Shown here one piece after another: positions 35,185 to 43,385 of a stretch of DNA of 64,000 nt (the stretch's first letter is position 1; each line of letters starts with the position of its first letter). The notes below the pieces were generated by a model. The model saw nothing but the letters and a program-made list of their open reading frames with translations. It did no database searches and was not told the DNA's origin. The translations under genes were made by a program, and so were the position numbers. The stretch covers positions 6,526 to 70,525 of the forward strand of contig CAZZCH010000003.1 in the NCBI GenBank assembly GCA_964652895.1. The letters run 5' to 3'. This DNA comes from an uncultured Eubacteriales bacterium. Lineage in GTDB: Bacteria > Acidobacteriota > Aminicenantia > Aminicenantales > Saccharicenantaceae.

Positions 35185-36374
35185 ACCGCATTCCTTTTCA
35201 CGGGAGCATTTTGATGCCGGGCGATCGCCCGCCGGCGCAGATCGCTCATCCGGACGACCGACTCCTCACCGCTTGCGGCGCTGATCAGCGTCACGGTCCG
35301 TTCGGCGCAGCAGATGCAGGGGTCGATGGCGGCGAAGATGAGCGGGATGTCGGCGATGAAGCCCTTCCGCAGCATCTCCACCGTGGCCGGGTAGTTGCCC
35401 AGGGTCGGGGCGCGGACCTTGAGGCGCTCCGGCTTGTCCGTTCCGTTGGACTTGATATAGTGGATGTTCTCGCCGCGGGGCGCTTCGTAGCGGCTGACGA
35501 CCTCGCCGGGCTTGGCCTTGCGCGGGGCTTTGATGGCGATGTCCCCCGCCGGCAGGTTCTTCAGGATTTGCTCGCAGATCTTGTAGGATTCGAGGAGCTC
35601 CTTGATCCGGACGACGACGCGGCCGAGGACGTCGCAGGTGTCGGCCGTCGCGACTTCGAAATCGAGCTCGTCGTAGACGGCGTACGGATCCTCCTTGCGG
35701 ACGTCCCGGGCCCAGCCGGAGGCCCGTGCCGTCGGGCCGCAGGCGCAGAGGGCGATCGCTTTTTCCAAGGAGAGGAAGCCGACACCGGCGATCCGGGCGA
35801 CGAAACTCGGCTCGGTCGCGCCGATACGCAAATAATACTCGCTCCGTTTTCTCAGCGTGACGAGGCCTTCGAGGATCTTGGCCACTTGGCCGGCGTCGAG
35901 GTCGCGGCGGACGCCGCCGATCGTGTTGATGGCGTAGTGGACGCGGTTTCCGGAGATCATCTCCAAGAGGTCCATGACGATCTCTCGGTCGCGCCAGACG
36001 TACATGAAGAACGAATCGAAACCGGCCTCGTGGCCAGCGACGCCGAGCCAAAGCAGGTGACTGTGGACACGCTCGAGCTCGGCGACAAGGTAACGGATGG
36101 ACATGCCCCGCTTGGGCGGGGTGAGCTCCATGAGCTTCTCGACGCCCTGGGCGTAGCAGGTCGAGTGGGAATGGGAACAGATGCCGCAGATCCGCTCGGT
36201 GAGGTAGAGGTTCTGGATATAATTCTTCTCCTCCGCCACCTTTTCGACGCCGCGGTGGTTGTAGCCGAGGCGGATGTCGGCATCGGTGATGACCTCGCCG
36301 TCGACGGTCATGCGCAGGCTGATCGGTTCCTTGAGGGCGGGGTGTTGCGGACCGATGGGGATCTGAACGTTCAT
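35172..36374 (-). CDS. group 4 [NiFe]-hydrogenase large subunit (NuoD-like)
   Basis: The N-terminal Ni-binding pair is RICGICSHSH (C63, C66) and the C-terminal pair is DPCICCAER (C353, C356). A 41-aa extension follows. NuoD-like core blocks are GPQHPA and GYNHRGVEK. Confidence 0.9.
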   Translation of the reverse strand: MNVQIPIGPQHPALKEPISLRMTVDGEVITDADIRLGYNHRGVEKVAEEKNYIQNLYLTERICGICSHSHSTCYAQGVEKLMELTPPKRGMSIRYLVAELERVHSHLLWLGVAGHEAGFDSFFMYVWRDREIVMDLLEMISGNRVHYAINTIGGVRRDLDAGQVAKILEGLVTLRKRSEYYLRIGATEPSFVARIAGVGFLSLEKAIALCACGPTARASGWARDVRKEDPYAVYDELDFEVATADTCDVLGRVVVRIKELLESYKICEQILKNLPAGDIAIKAPRKAKPGEVVSRYEAPRGENIHYIKSNGTDKPERLKVRAPTLGNYPATVEMLRKGFIADIPLIFAAIDPCICCAERTVTLISAASGEESVVRMSDLRRRAIARHQNAPVKRNAVWPF

Positions 36375-36844
36375 GATTGGCCCCCGGGGATGACTTCCGT
36401 CGGTCTGACGTGTTTCCAGTCTTTGCGGAGCGGGTACTGGCCCTCGGGCCAGTCGTCCGAGAGCAGCAGCCGCCGCTTATCGGGGATATCGTCGACAATC
36501 AAGCCGAACATCTCCTGGATCTCCCGCTCATAGAGGATGGCGCCGGGGATGACGGAAGTGATGCTCGGGAGGTGCGGCTTGTCTTTCGGGATCTCGGTCC
36601 TGAGGTTGAGGTCGGCTTCGGGGATCGAAAAATGATAGAGGATCTCGAATGTCTCGCCCTTGTCCACCCCGCTGATCGTGGAGAGGTGGGTCATGCCCAG
36701 GTTATCCCGCAGAAGGGCCGTCGCTTGGACCAGGTCAGGAGGCAGGATCTTCAGGTAGAACCGGCGGGGCGCCGGGTTGGCGATCTCGGCGACCTTTCCG
36801 CGGAGCTCGCGTTGGATCTGTTCGATGATGTTGGCGTCGCTCAT
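36371..36844 (-). CDS. hydrogenase subunit, NuoC/MbhK-like
   Basis: This is the C-terminal 157 aa of ORF 36371..37054, containing GMTHLSTISGVD...FEILYHF...PGAILYEREIQEMFGL. Confidence 0.8.
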   Translation of the reverse strand: MSDANIIEQIQRELRGKVAEIANPAPRRFYLKILPPDLVQATALLRDNLGMTHLSTISGVDKGETFEILYHFSIPEADLNLRTEIPKDKPHLPSITSVIPGAILYEREIQEMFGLIVDDIPDKRRLLLSDDWPEGQYPLRKDWKHVRPTEVIPGGQS

Positions 36845-36860
36845 GGCGTTTCCTCGAAGC

Positions 36861-37280
36861 CTAGAGTTTTCCCAGGAGTTTGACGACGCCGTCGATGATG
36901 GCGTCGGGCCGGGCCGGGCAGCCCGGGACGTACATGTTGACCGGAATGACCTGGTCGATGCCTCCCAAAATGTTGTATGAGCCGCGGTAGACGCAACCGG
37001 ACATGGCGCAGGCGCCCACGGCGATGACGAACTTGGGGTCGGGGGTCTGTTCATAGATGCGGATGAGCCTGTCCTTCATCTGGCGGGTGACCGGGCCGCT
37101 GGCGACGATGACGTCGGCATGGCGTGGAGTCGCCTTAAGCAGAATACCGAAGCGCTCGATGTCGAACCGCGGTGTAAGGGCGGCGACGATCTCGATGTCG
37201 CAGGCGTTGCAGGCGCCGGAATTGAGGTGGAGGATCCAGGGCGACTTGATCCTGGACCAGCGCGTGAGCTTGTCGAGCAT
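36861..37280 (-). CDS. hydrogenase small subunit (NuoB-like)
   Basis: The ligands for a single [4Fe-4S] cluster are SGACNACDIE, GACAMSGC and PGCPARP. Confidence 0.9.
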   Translation of the reverse strand: MLDKLTRWSRIKSPWILHLNSGACNACDIEIVAALTPRFDIERFGILLKATPRHADVIVASGPVTRQMKDRLIRIYEQTPDPKFVIAVGACAMSGCVYRGSYNILGGIDQVIPVNMYVPGCPARPDAIIDGVVKLLGKL

Positions 37281-37281
37281 G

Positions 37282-37614
37282 TTAACTCCTTGTGACCAGG
37301 GCCATGATGGACAGGAAGATCATAAGTAGGTAGAAGACGGCGAAAAAGACGATCTTGCCCGAGGGCACGGTGGCGATGACCAGGACGGCCACATGCATCA
37401 TCGTGAAGAACAGGGCGATGAAGAAGAACAGTCGGTAGCCGAACTGGATCTTCACGCCCGGAATGTCCTCGCCGCAGGCGTAGGTCGTGAGCTTGCCGCC
37501 GACCTTAGTCAGCTTGGGCGCCATTTTCGATCCCAGGCCGTAGAGGGCGAAGGCCGTCCCCAGAAAAAAGAGGAAGGCGATGGGCGGAGAGAGGAGAAAA
37601 CCGATACCGTTCAT
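37282..37614 (-). CDS. small 3-TM membrane subunit, NuoA-like
   Basis: There are three TM helices. The loop after TM1 carries TYACGEDIPG, comparable to the NuoA YECG motif, followed by FFFIALFF. Confidence 0.55.
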   Translation of the reverse strand: MNGIGFLLSPPIAFLFFLGTAFALYGLGSKMAPKLTKVGGKLTTYACGEDIPGVKIQFGYRLFFFIALFFTMMHVAVLVIATVPSGKIVFFAVFYLLMIFLSIMALVTRS

Positions 37615-37617
37615 GGC

Positions 37618-37926
37618 TTACCCTTTCAGCTTGGCCAAGTTGCGGATGTCCAGGCTCTTCGTCTGCCGGTAGATGTTGATGATCAGGGCCAGGGCCGTGG
37701 CCACGAGGCTGACCTCGACGACGATGAACGTGATGACGAGGGTCTGGGCGACGAGGATGTTGTCCTTGGCGAATCCCGTCCCCAGCAGGAGAAGGCTGAT
37801 GCCCTTGGCGATGACTTCGATGGCGATGAAGAGCTTGATGAGGTTCCGCCGGAGAAGGAGGCCGAGGATCCCGGCGAAGACGAGGGCGGCCGCGAAAAAC
37901 AGGTAGAAGAACCAATTGTTAGTCAT
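37618..37926 (-). CDS. membrane subunit NuoK/MnhC/MbhG-like
   Basis: The 102-aa product has 3 TM helices, with RRNLIKLFIAIEVIAKGISLLLL and an embedded Glu (VVEVS). Confidence 0.75.
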   Translation of the reverse strand: MTNNWFFYLFFAAALVFAGILGLLLRRNLIKLFIAIEVIAKGISLLLLGTGFAKDNILVAQTLVITFIVVEVSLVATALALIINIYRQTKSLDIRNLAKLKG

Positions 37927-38401
37927 GTTTGTCCCCCTTGCGGAACAGGGCCAGGACGGCGAACACGCCGGCCAGGATGACGGCGATCTGTCCGACGAGG
38001 TCGAACGTCCTCCCCTTCCAGAGAACGTCGCCGAAGGTGCCGGTCTCCGGTCCCGAGGCGAGGGCCGGGATCTTCTGGAGGAGGCCCTTCATGACCAGGG
38101 CGTCGATGATGATGAAGGCGATGAAGAAGAGGGGGAAGACCCAGTTCACGGCCCGGGATTCCCGGACCTCGTCGCCGGCCTTGGTCAGGGCGATGGTCAG
38201 GATGAAGAGGACCGTGATCAACCCGGCGACGACGGAGATCTCGAAGACGCCGGCGTACGAGGCGTTCATCCGGAAGAAGATGATGCCCAGGAACAGGCTG
38301 GCGACGGCGAGCGAGATGGCCGACTTGAGCAGGTCGCGGAGCAGGATGGCCAGGACCGAGAATAGGACCAAACCGATGAGAAGAGCTGTTTGCACGATCA
38401 T
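37919..38401 (-). CDS. membrane subunit, NuoJ-like N-terminal half fused to MnhB-like C-terminal half (MbhD/E type)
   Basis: The N-terminal half is LRDLLKSAISLAVASLFLGIIFF...YAGVFEISVVAGLITVLFI (NuoJ/DUF4040 pattern). The C-terminal half is GRTFDLVGQIAVILAGVFAV (MnhB pattern). Confidence 0.6.
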   Translation of the reverse strand: MIVQTALLIGLVLFSVLAILLRDLLKSAISLAVASLFLGIIFFRMNASYAGVFEISVVAGLITVLFILTIALTKAGDEVRESRAVNWVFPLFFIAFIIIDALVMKGLLQKIPALASGPETGTFGDVLWKGRTFDLVGQIAVILAGVFAVLALFRKGDKHD

Positions 38402-38404
38402 CGT

Positions 38405-39886
38405 CTAAAATCCCCACGATCCGATCGCGGCGTGGATCCCGTCCGCGAGCACGTCGGCGGCGGGCTGGATCCAGGTCGTGATGGTCGACGAGAAGAAGAT
38501 GCCGATCCCCACGCAGAGGAGAGCCAGGAAGACGGTCGCGGCCGTCATCCAGAAGGGCGCTTCCTTGACGGCGGCCCACTTCTCGTTGAGCTTGCCGAAG
38601 AAGGCCTTCCGCTGCATGAGGAGGTAGTACCAGAGGGTCAGGACCGAGGCCAGAACGGCGATCACGGCGAAGACGGGGTGCCCGGCCTGGACGAGCGCAA
38701 TAATGATGATCAGCTTCGACCAGAAGCCGTTGAGCGGCGGGACGCCGGAGATTGACAAGGCCCCGATGAGGTTCGTCGCGGCCGTGACCGGCATGCGCTT
38801 GGCCAGGCCGCCCATCTCGTCGAGGTTCCGGGTGCCCGTGGCCTGCTGGACGGAGCCGCTGGTCAAGAACAGAAGCCCCTTGGCCAGGGCGTGGTTGAAG
38901 AGATGGAAGAGCCCGCCGGCGATGCCGAGGGGCGTCCCGATGCCGATGCCCAGGACGACGTAGCCGACCTGGCTGATCGAGGAATAGGCCAGCATCCTCT
39001 TGATGTCCTTCTGGCCCAGGGCCAGGAAGGCGGCGACGACCAGGGACAATGTGCCCATGGACATCAGGACCGTGGATAGGGCCGGCGTCAGGCCGAAGAC
39101 GTTGAGGAAGATCCGGGTCATGGCGTAGACGCCGGAGACCTTGATCAGGAGGCCGGACAGGACGGCCGAGATGGGCGCCGGGGCCGAAGGGTGGGCGTCC
39201 GGAAGCCAGGCGTGGAACGGGATGAGGGCCGCCTTCAGACCGAAGCCCATGAGGAAGAAGGCGGAGGCGACGCCGACCACGGCGCCGGCGTTGAGCTCCT
39301 GGAGGGCCTTGGCCACCGCCGCGAAGCCCAGGCTCCCGGTCATCCCGAAGATGACGGCGATGCTGGCCAGGATGAAGGCCGTGGCCATGACGGAGAGCAT
39401 GAGGTATTTGAAGGCGGCTTCGAGCTCGTCCGGCCCCAGCCCGAAGGCGACGAGGGCGTAGGACGCGATGGCCGCTACCTCCATGAAGAGGTAGACGCTG
39501 AAAAGGTCAGTGGCCAGGACGAGCCCGTTCATCCCGGCGACCATGACCAGGAACAGGGCGTAGTAATTGGCCTTGGCCCCGTAGTGCTCCATGTAGTCGA
39601 TGGAGAACAGGCAGGCCGCCAACCCGACGAGGGCGATGGCCAGGAGCATTAACAGGCTGAATCCGTCCAGGGCCAGCCGGATGGCGACCGGCTCTCCGAA
39701 CCAGGAAAGATGTTGGAGGACGGGACCGGCGGCGATGAAGTGGCGTCCGGCGACCGCGGCGTAGACGAGCAGGAAGAGAAGGGTCGCGTTGGCCATCAGG
39801 TCCGGCACGACCCGCCGGGAGACCTTGCCGACGAGAGGGAGAATACCCGCTATGACGAGCGGCAGCGCAACGAAAAGTATGATCAA
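38405..39886 (-). CDS. antiporter-like subunit (NuoM/N, MrpD family)
   Basis: The product is a 493-aa polytopic protein with the proton-conducting membrane transporter core (KAALIPFHAWLPDAHPSAPAPISAVLSG...MLAYSSISQVGYV). Confidence 0.85.
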   Translation of the reverse strand: MIILFVALPLVIAGILPLVGKVSRRVVPDLMANATLLFLLVYAAVAGRHFIAAGPVLQHLSWFGEPVAIRLALDGFSLLMLLAIALVGLAACLFSIDYMEHYGAKANYYALFLVMVAGMNGLVLATDLFSVYLFMEVAAIASYALVAFGLGPDELEAAFKYLMLSVMATAFILASIAVIFGMTGSLGFAAVAKALQELNAGAVVGVASAFFLMGFGLKAALIPFHAWLPDAHPSAPAPISAVLSGLLIKVSGVYAMTRIFLNVFGLTPALSTVLMSMGTLSLVVAAFLALGQKDIKRMLAYSSISQVGYVVLGIGIGTPLGIAGGLFHLFNHALAKGLLFLTSGSVQQATGTRNLDEMGGLAKRMPVTAATNLIGALSISGVPPLNGFWSKLIIIIALVQAGHPVFAVIAVLASVLTLWYYLLMQRKAFFGKLNEKWAAVKEAPFWMTAATVFLALLCVGIGIFFSSTITTWIQPAADVLADGIHAAIGSWGF

Positions 39887-39896
39887 CGCTCCTCCT

Positions 39897-41777
39897 CTAT
39901 TTCATCAGCAGGCTGATCGCGCCCGCCACGATGATCAGGCCGGCCAGGCACCATGCGAGGTAGTTCGCGTAATGCCCGTTGTGGGCCTTTTTCAGAATGG
40001 CCGTGAATTTCTCCCCGGCCACGGTGACGACCTTTTCATAGACGAAATCGATGGGCCGGTCGATGGCCTTGAACAGGAAGAGCGACAGCCCGTGGAGGAC
40101 CTTGACGCCCTGCTCGTAGGGGTCGAACACCCGGGCCTCGGCCAGATCGTAGAGCTTGTGGACGACGGGCAGATTGTGGATGGGCTCGGAGGCCAGGTAG
40201 GGCTTGCGGCCGGTCTTCAGGAAGCCGTGACGGTGGAGGAGAAAGGCCAGGACAAGACAGCCGATCGAGATGAGAGCCACCGGATTGAAGATGTCCAGGG
40301 CGTGGCTCGTGAAGTTGATATGGGCGCCCGCTTCCACGTGACCTTCGAGGATCGGCTGGATGAAGAGGGTCAGGGGGAGCTTGTTGTAGACGCCGAAGAG
40401 GATGCAGAGGGCCGCCAGGACGAGGATGGGGACGACGATGGCCGGTTGGCTTTCCTTGACCGCCGGGACCTCGCGCGTCCGTTCGCCGAAGAACACGGAA
40501 TGCCCGGCCTTGAGGAAGGAGGCGAAGGTGAAGATCGCCCCGACCCAGGCGGCGATGGCGAAGATCGTGTAGCCCGATTCGAGGGCCCCGTGGAAGACCA
40601 TCTCTTTGGAAACGAACCCGTTGAGCGGCCAGACCCCGGAAATGGCCAGGGCGCAGACGGTGAAGCCGAAGGCCGTCAGCGGCATCTCTTTCCGCAGGCC
40701 GCCGAGCTTCTTGAGCTCGGTCGTGCCGGTCCGGTGTTCGACCGACCCGGCGCTCAGGAAGAGGCCGCTCTTATACATGGCGTGGTTGATCATGTGGAAG
40801 AGCCCGCCGGCGATGCCGATCGGGATGGCCGTCCCGATACCGAGGATCATGTAGCCGACCTGGCTGACCGCGTGATAGGACAGGAGCCGCTTGAAGTCCT
40901 TCTGGACGAGGGCCATGAGGACGGCCAGGACAATGGTCACCGCCCCGACGATCATGAGCAGGACGGAGAGGCCGCTCCCCGGCCGGATCTTGAAGAAATC
41001 TAGGGAGATCCGGGCCAGGAGATAGATGCCCAGCAGTTTCTCGAAGGCGGCCGGCAGGAAGGCCATGAAGGTCACCGGCGCGTCGACGGCGGCGTCGGGG
41101 ATCCAGGTGTGGAAAGGCATGGCCCCGGCCTTGCCGGCGGCTCCGATCATCATCATGATGAAGGCGACCGCGGCCAGCCCCGTCGGTTCGACGGAGATCT
41201 GGGACATGGTCAGCGTGCCGCTCACGGTCCACAGGAGCCCGATCCCCAGGATCATCGAGAAGTCGCAGAAAGCGCCGATCATGAGGGCCTTGACCGCGGT
41301 CCGGCCCGACGTCGGCCGGCCGCCGATCGTGATGAGGCCGTAGAGGGTGACGAGCAGGCCCTCCCAGAAGAAGACGAGGGGGACTAAGTTGTTGGCCAGC
41401 ACCGCCCCGTTGGCGAAGGCCGCGGTCAGGAAGACGTAGGCGAAGAATTCCCGGGCCCTCGGCGCGTCCTTGATCTTGACCGTCGAATAAAGCGTGATCA
41501 GGATGAGGAACCCGGCCAGGGCGAGCAGGATGAAGCTCGAGAAATGGTAGAGACGGAGGTCGAAGTCGATGCCCATGCCGAGCCAAGGGACGTTGAACCG
41601 AAGGTCCTTCAGGGCGAAGAAGACGAAGCCGTAGTAGAGAAGGACGGCCGCGCCGGCCAGGGCCAGGGCGTCCCGGACGAGGCGGAGCGTCCGCGGGATG
41701 ACGAGGAGGACGACGGCCAGGACGGCGGGCAGGAGGATGGGGAGAAGAAGCATTTTGGGGGTCATCGGAGCCACCAA
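39897..41777 (-). CDS. antiporter-like subunit, NuoL/MrpA type with C-terminal lateral-helix-like extension
   Basis: The 626-aa product has the core KAGAMPFHTWIPDAAVDAPVTFMAFL...LLSYHAVSQVGYM. A C-terminal amphipathic stretch (DPYEQGVKVLHGLSLFLFKAIDRPIDFVYEKVVTVAGEKFTAILKK) is followed by a final TM helix. Confidence 0.8.
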   Translation of the reverse strand: MVAPMTPKMLLLPILLPAVLAVVLLVIPRTLRLVRDALALAGAAVLLYYGFVFFALKDLRFNVPWLGMGIDFDLRLYHFSSFILLALAGFLILITLYSTVKIKDAPRAREFFAYVFLTAAFANGAVLANNLVPLVFFWEGLLVTLYGLITIGGRPTSGRTAVKALMIGAFCDFSMILGIGLLWTVSGTLTMSQISVEPTGLAAVAFIMMMIGAAGKAGAMPFHTWIPDAAVDAPVTFMAFLPAAFEKLLGIYLLARISLDFFKIRPGSGLSVLLMIVGAVTIVLAVLMALVQKDFKRLLSYHAVSQVGYMILGIGTAIPIGIAGGLFHMINHAMYKSGLFLSAGSVEHRTGTTELKKLGGLRKEMPLTAFGFTVCALAISGVWPLNGFVSKEMVFHGALESGYTIFAIAAWVGAIFTFASFLKAGHSVFFGERTREVPAVKESQPAIVVPILVLAALCILFGVYNKLPLTLFIQPILEGHVEAGAHINFTSHALDIFNPVALISIGCLVLAFLLHRHGFLKTGRKPYLASEPIHNLPVVHKLYDLAEARVFDPYEQGVKVLHGLSLFLFKAIDRPIDFVYEKVVTVAGEKFTAILKKAHNGHYANYLAWCLAGLIIVAGAISLLMK

Positions 41778-43192
41778 CTCATCTCGGTCGTCGCGATGTT
41801 GACGAGCTTCATCGGGTAGGCGACGAGCAGGCCGGCCGCCAGGCCGAGGACGGCCAGGAGGGCGACGACGAAGACCATGGATTTCGTTTTCTCGGGGGCT
41901 GGATGCTTGAGCTCACCCAGGAAAACCAGGCTGAATACTCTGAACAGGTAGTACATCGTCAGGACGGCCGTAAAGAGGGCCAAGGCGGCGAGCCAGGTCT
42001 GGCCGGCCTGCACGGTCCCTATGATGACCAGGAATTTCGAGAAGAAGCCGCCGAAGGGCGGGATGCCGATGACCGAAAAAGCGCAGGCGAGGAAGGCGAC
42101 GGCCGTGACCGGCATGGTCTTGATCAGCCCGCCCATTTCCCGGATGTCCTTGGTGTGGACGGCGTGGATGACGATCCCGGCGCAGAGGAAGAGCCCCGCC
42201 TTGGCCAGCCCGTGCATCAGGATGAAGAGAAGCGACCCGGAGATGCCCGCGGCGTTCATCATGCTGAAGCCGAGGAAGATGTAGCCGATTTGGCTGATCG
42301 TCGAGTAGGCCAGGATTCTTTTAATGTCGTTCTCCACGGCGGCCGCGCCCGCCGCGACGAGGCTGGAGACCATGACGATGATGGGGATGGCCTGCTGCCA
42401 ACCCTCGGGCAGCCGGAAGGTATAGAGGAAGAGGCGGGCGAACGCGTAGACGCCGATCTTGACCAGGACGGCCGCGTGGAGCAGGGCCGTGACGGTCGTC
42501 GGCGCGATGCCGGCGTCCGGCAGCCAGGTGTGGAGCGGGATCGTGGCCGATTTCGAGAACATGCCAAAGAGGATGAACAGAACCGCCGTCCCCGGGACGA
42601 GCGTGCCGCGCATGACCGTGATGTCGAAGGTGTTGGTGAGGCCGTAGATCTGGATGAAGCCGAGGAGCATGACCACGGCGCCGAAGAACGTCACCAGGAA
42701 GGCCTTGTCGGCCTTGCGGACGTGGGCCGGCTCCCGGTAGAAACCGATGAGGCGCCAGCAGCTGATGCCGATGATCTCCCAGAAGAGGTAGAGGAAAATG
42801 AGGTTCCCGGAGAAGACCAGGCCCATCATCGCCCCGATGAAGAGCAAGACCATCAGGTAGTACTCGTTCTGATTCTCTTCCTTATGGATGTAGCCGACGG
42901 AGTAGACAACGATGAGAAAGCCGACGAACGACGACACCCCGGCCATGAAGATCGACAGCGGGTCGATGATCAGGACGAAGTCGAGGCCCAGTGCCAGGCT
43001 CTTGCGCACGACGAGCTCCCCCCCTTGGAGAGCGAGGGGGATCAGGGTCAGCGGCAGGACTGCCGTTACGGCGCTCACCAGGATGGACCAGATCGACCGG
43101 GCACGCCTGGACAACAGACCGGCCAGGGGGGCCGCGAACGAGCCGATGATGGGGACGAGGATCGTTAGGAGGACGATTGTTTCGGCATTCAT
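41762..43192 (-). CDS. antiporter-like subunit (NuoM/N, MrpD family)
   Basis: The 476-aa product has the core KSATIPLHTWLPDAGIAPTTVTALLHA...ILAYSTISQIGYI. It is the first gene of the operon. Confidence 0.85.
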   Translation of the reverse strand: MNAETIVLLTILVPIIGSFAAPLAGLLSRRARSIWSILVSAVTAVLPLTLIPLALQGGELVVRKSLALGLDFVLIIDPLSIFMAGVSSFVGFLIVVYSVGYIHKEENQNEYYLMVLLFIGAMMGLVFSGNLIFLYLFWEIIGISCWRLIGFYREPAHVRKADKAFLVTFFGAVVMLLGFIQIYGLTNTFDITVMRGTLVPGTAVLFILFGMFSKSATIPLHTWLPDAGIAPTTVTALLHAAVLVKIGVYAFARLFLYTFRLPEGWQQAIPIIVMVSSLVAAGAAAVENDIKRILAYSTISQIGYIFLGFSMMNAAGISGSLLFILMHGLAKAGLFLCAGIVIHAVHTKDIREMGGLIKTMPVTAVAFLACAFSVIGIPPFGGFFSKFLVIIGTVQAGQTWLAALALFTAVLTMYYLFRVFSLVFLGELKHPAPEKTKSMVFVVALLAVLGLAAGLLVAYPMKLVNIATTEMSWWLR

Positions 43193-43225
43193 TTGGACAG
43201 GTTGCCTTCCTTATTTAGAGGGCCA

Positions 43226-43254
43226 AGTATAATTATCGATTTTGGGGTTGTCAA
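43226..43254 (-). promoter_or_regulatory. sigma-70-type promoter candidate for the hydrogenase operon
   Basis: The minus strand reads TTGACA (43254-43249), a 17-nt spacer, then TATACT (43231-43226), about 34 nt upstream of the ATG at 43192. Confidence 0.55.
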
Positions 43255-43385
43255 GAATTTCCACATTCCATCCTCACTTTTATTAACAGATTTTCCAGGG
43301 GGCTTCAAACCGGGGCTTGGAATGGGTTGATTTTTCCCCTGGAATGTAGGATAAAAGGACGAATCCGCCGAGGAGAGTGAACAAC

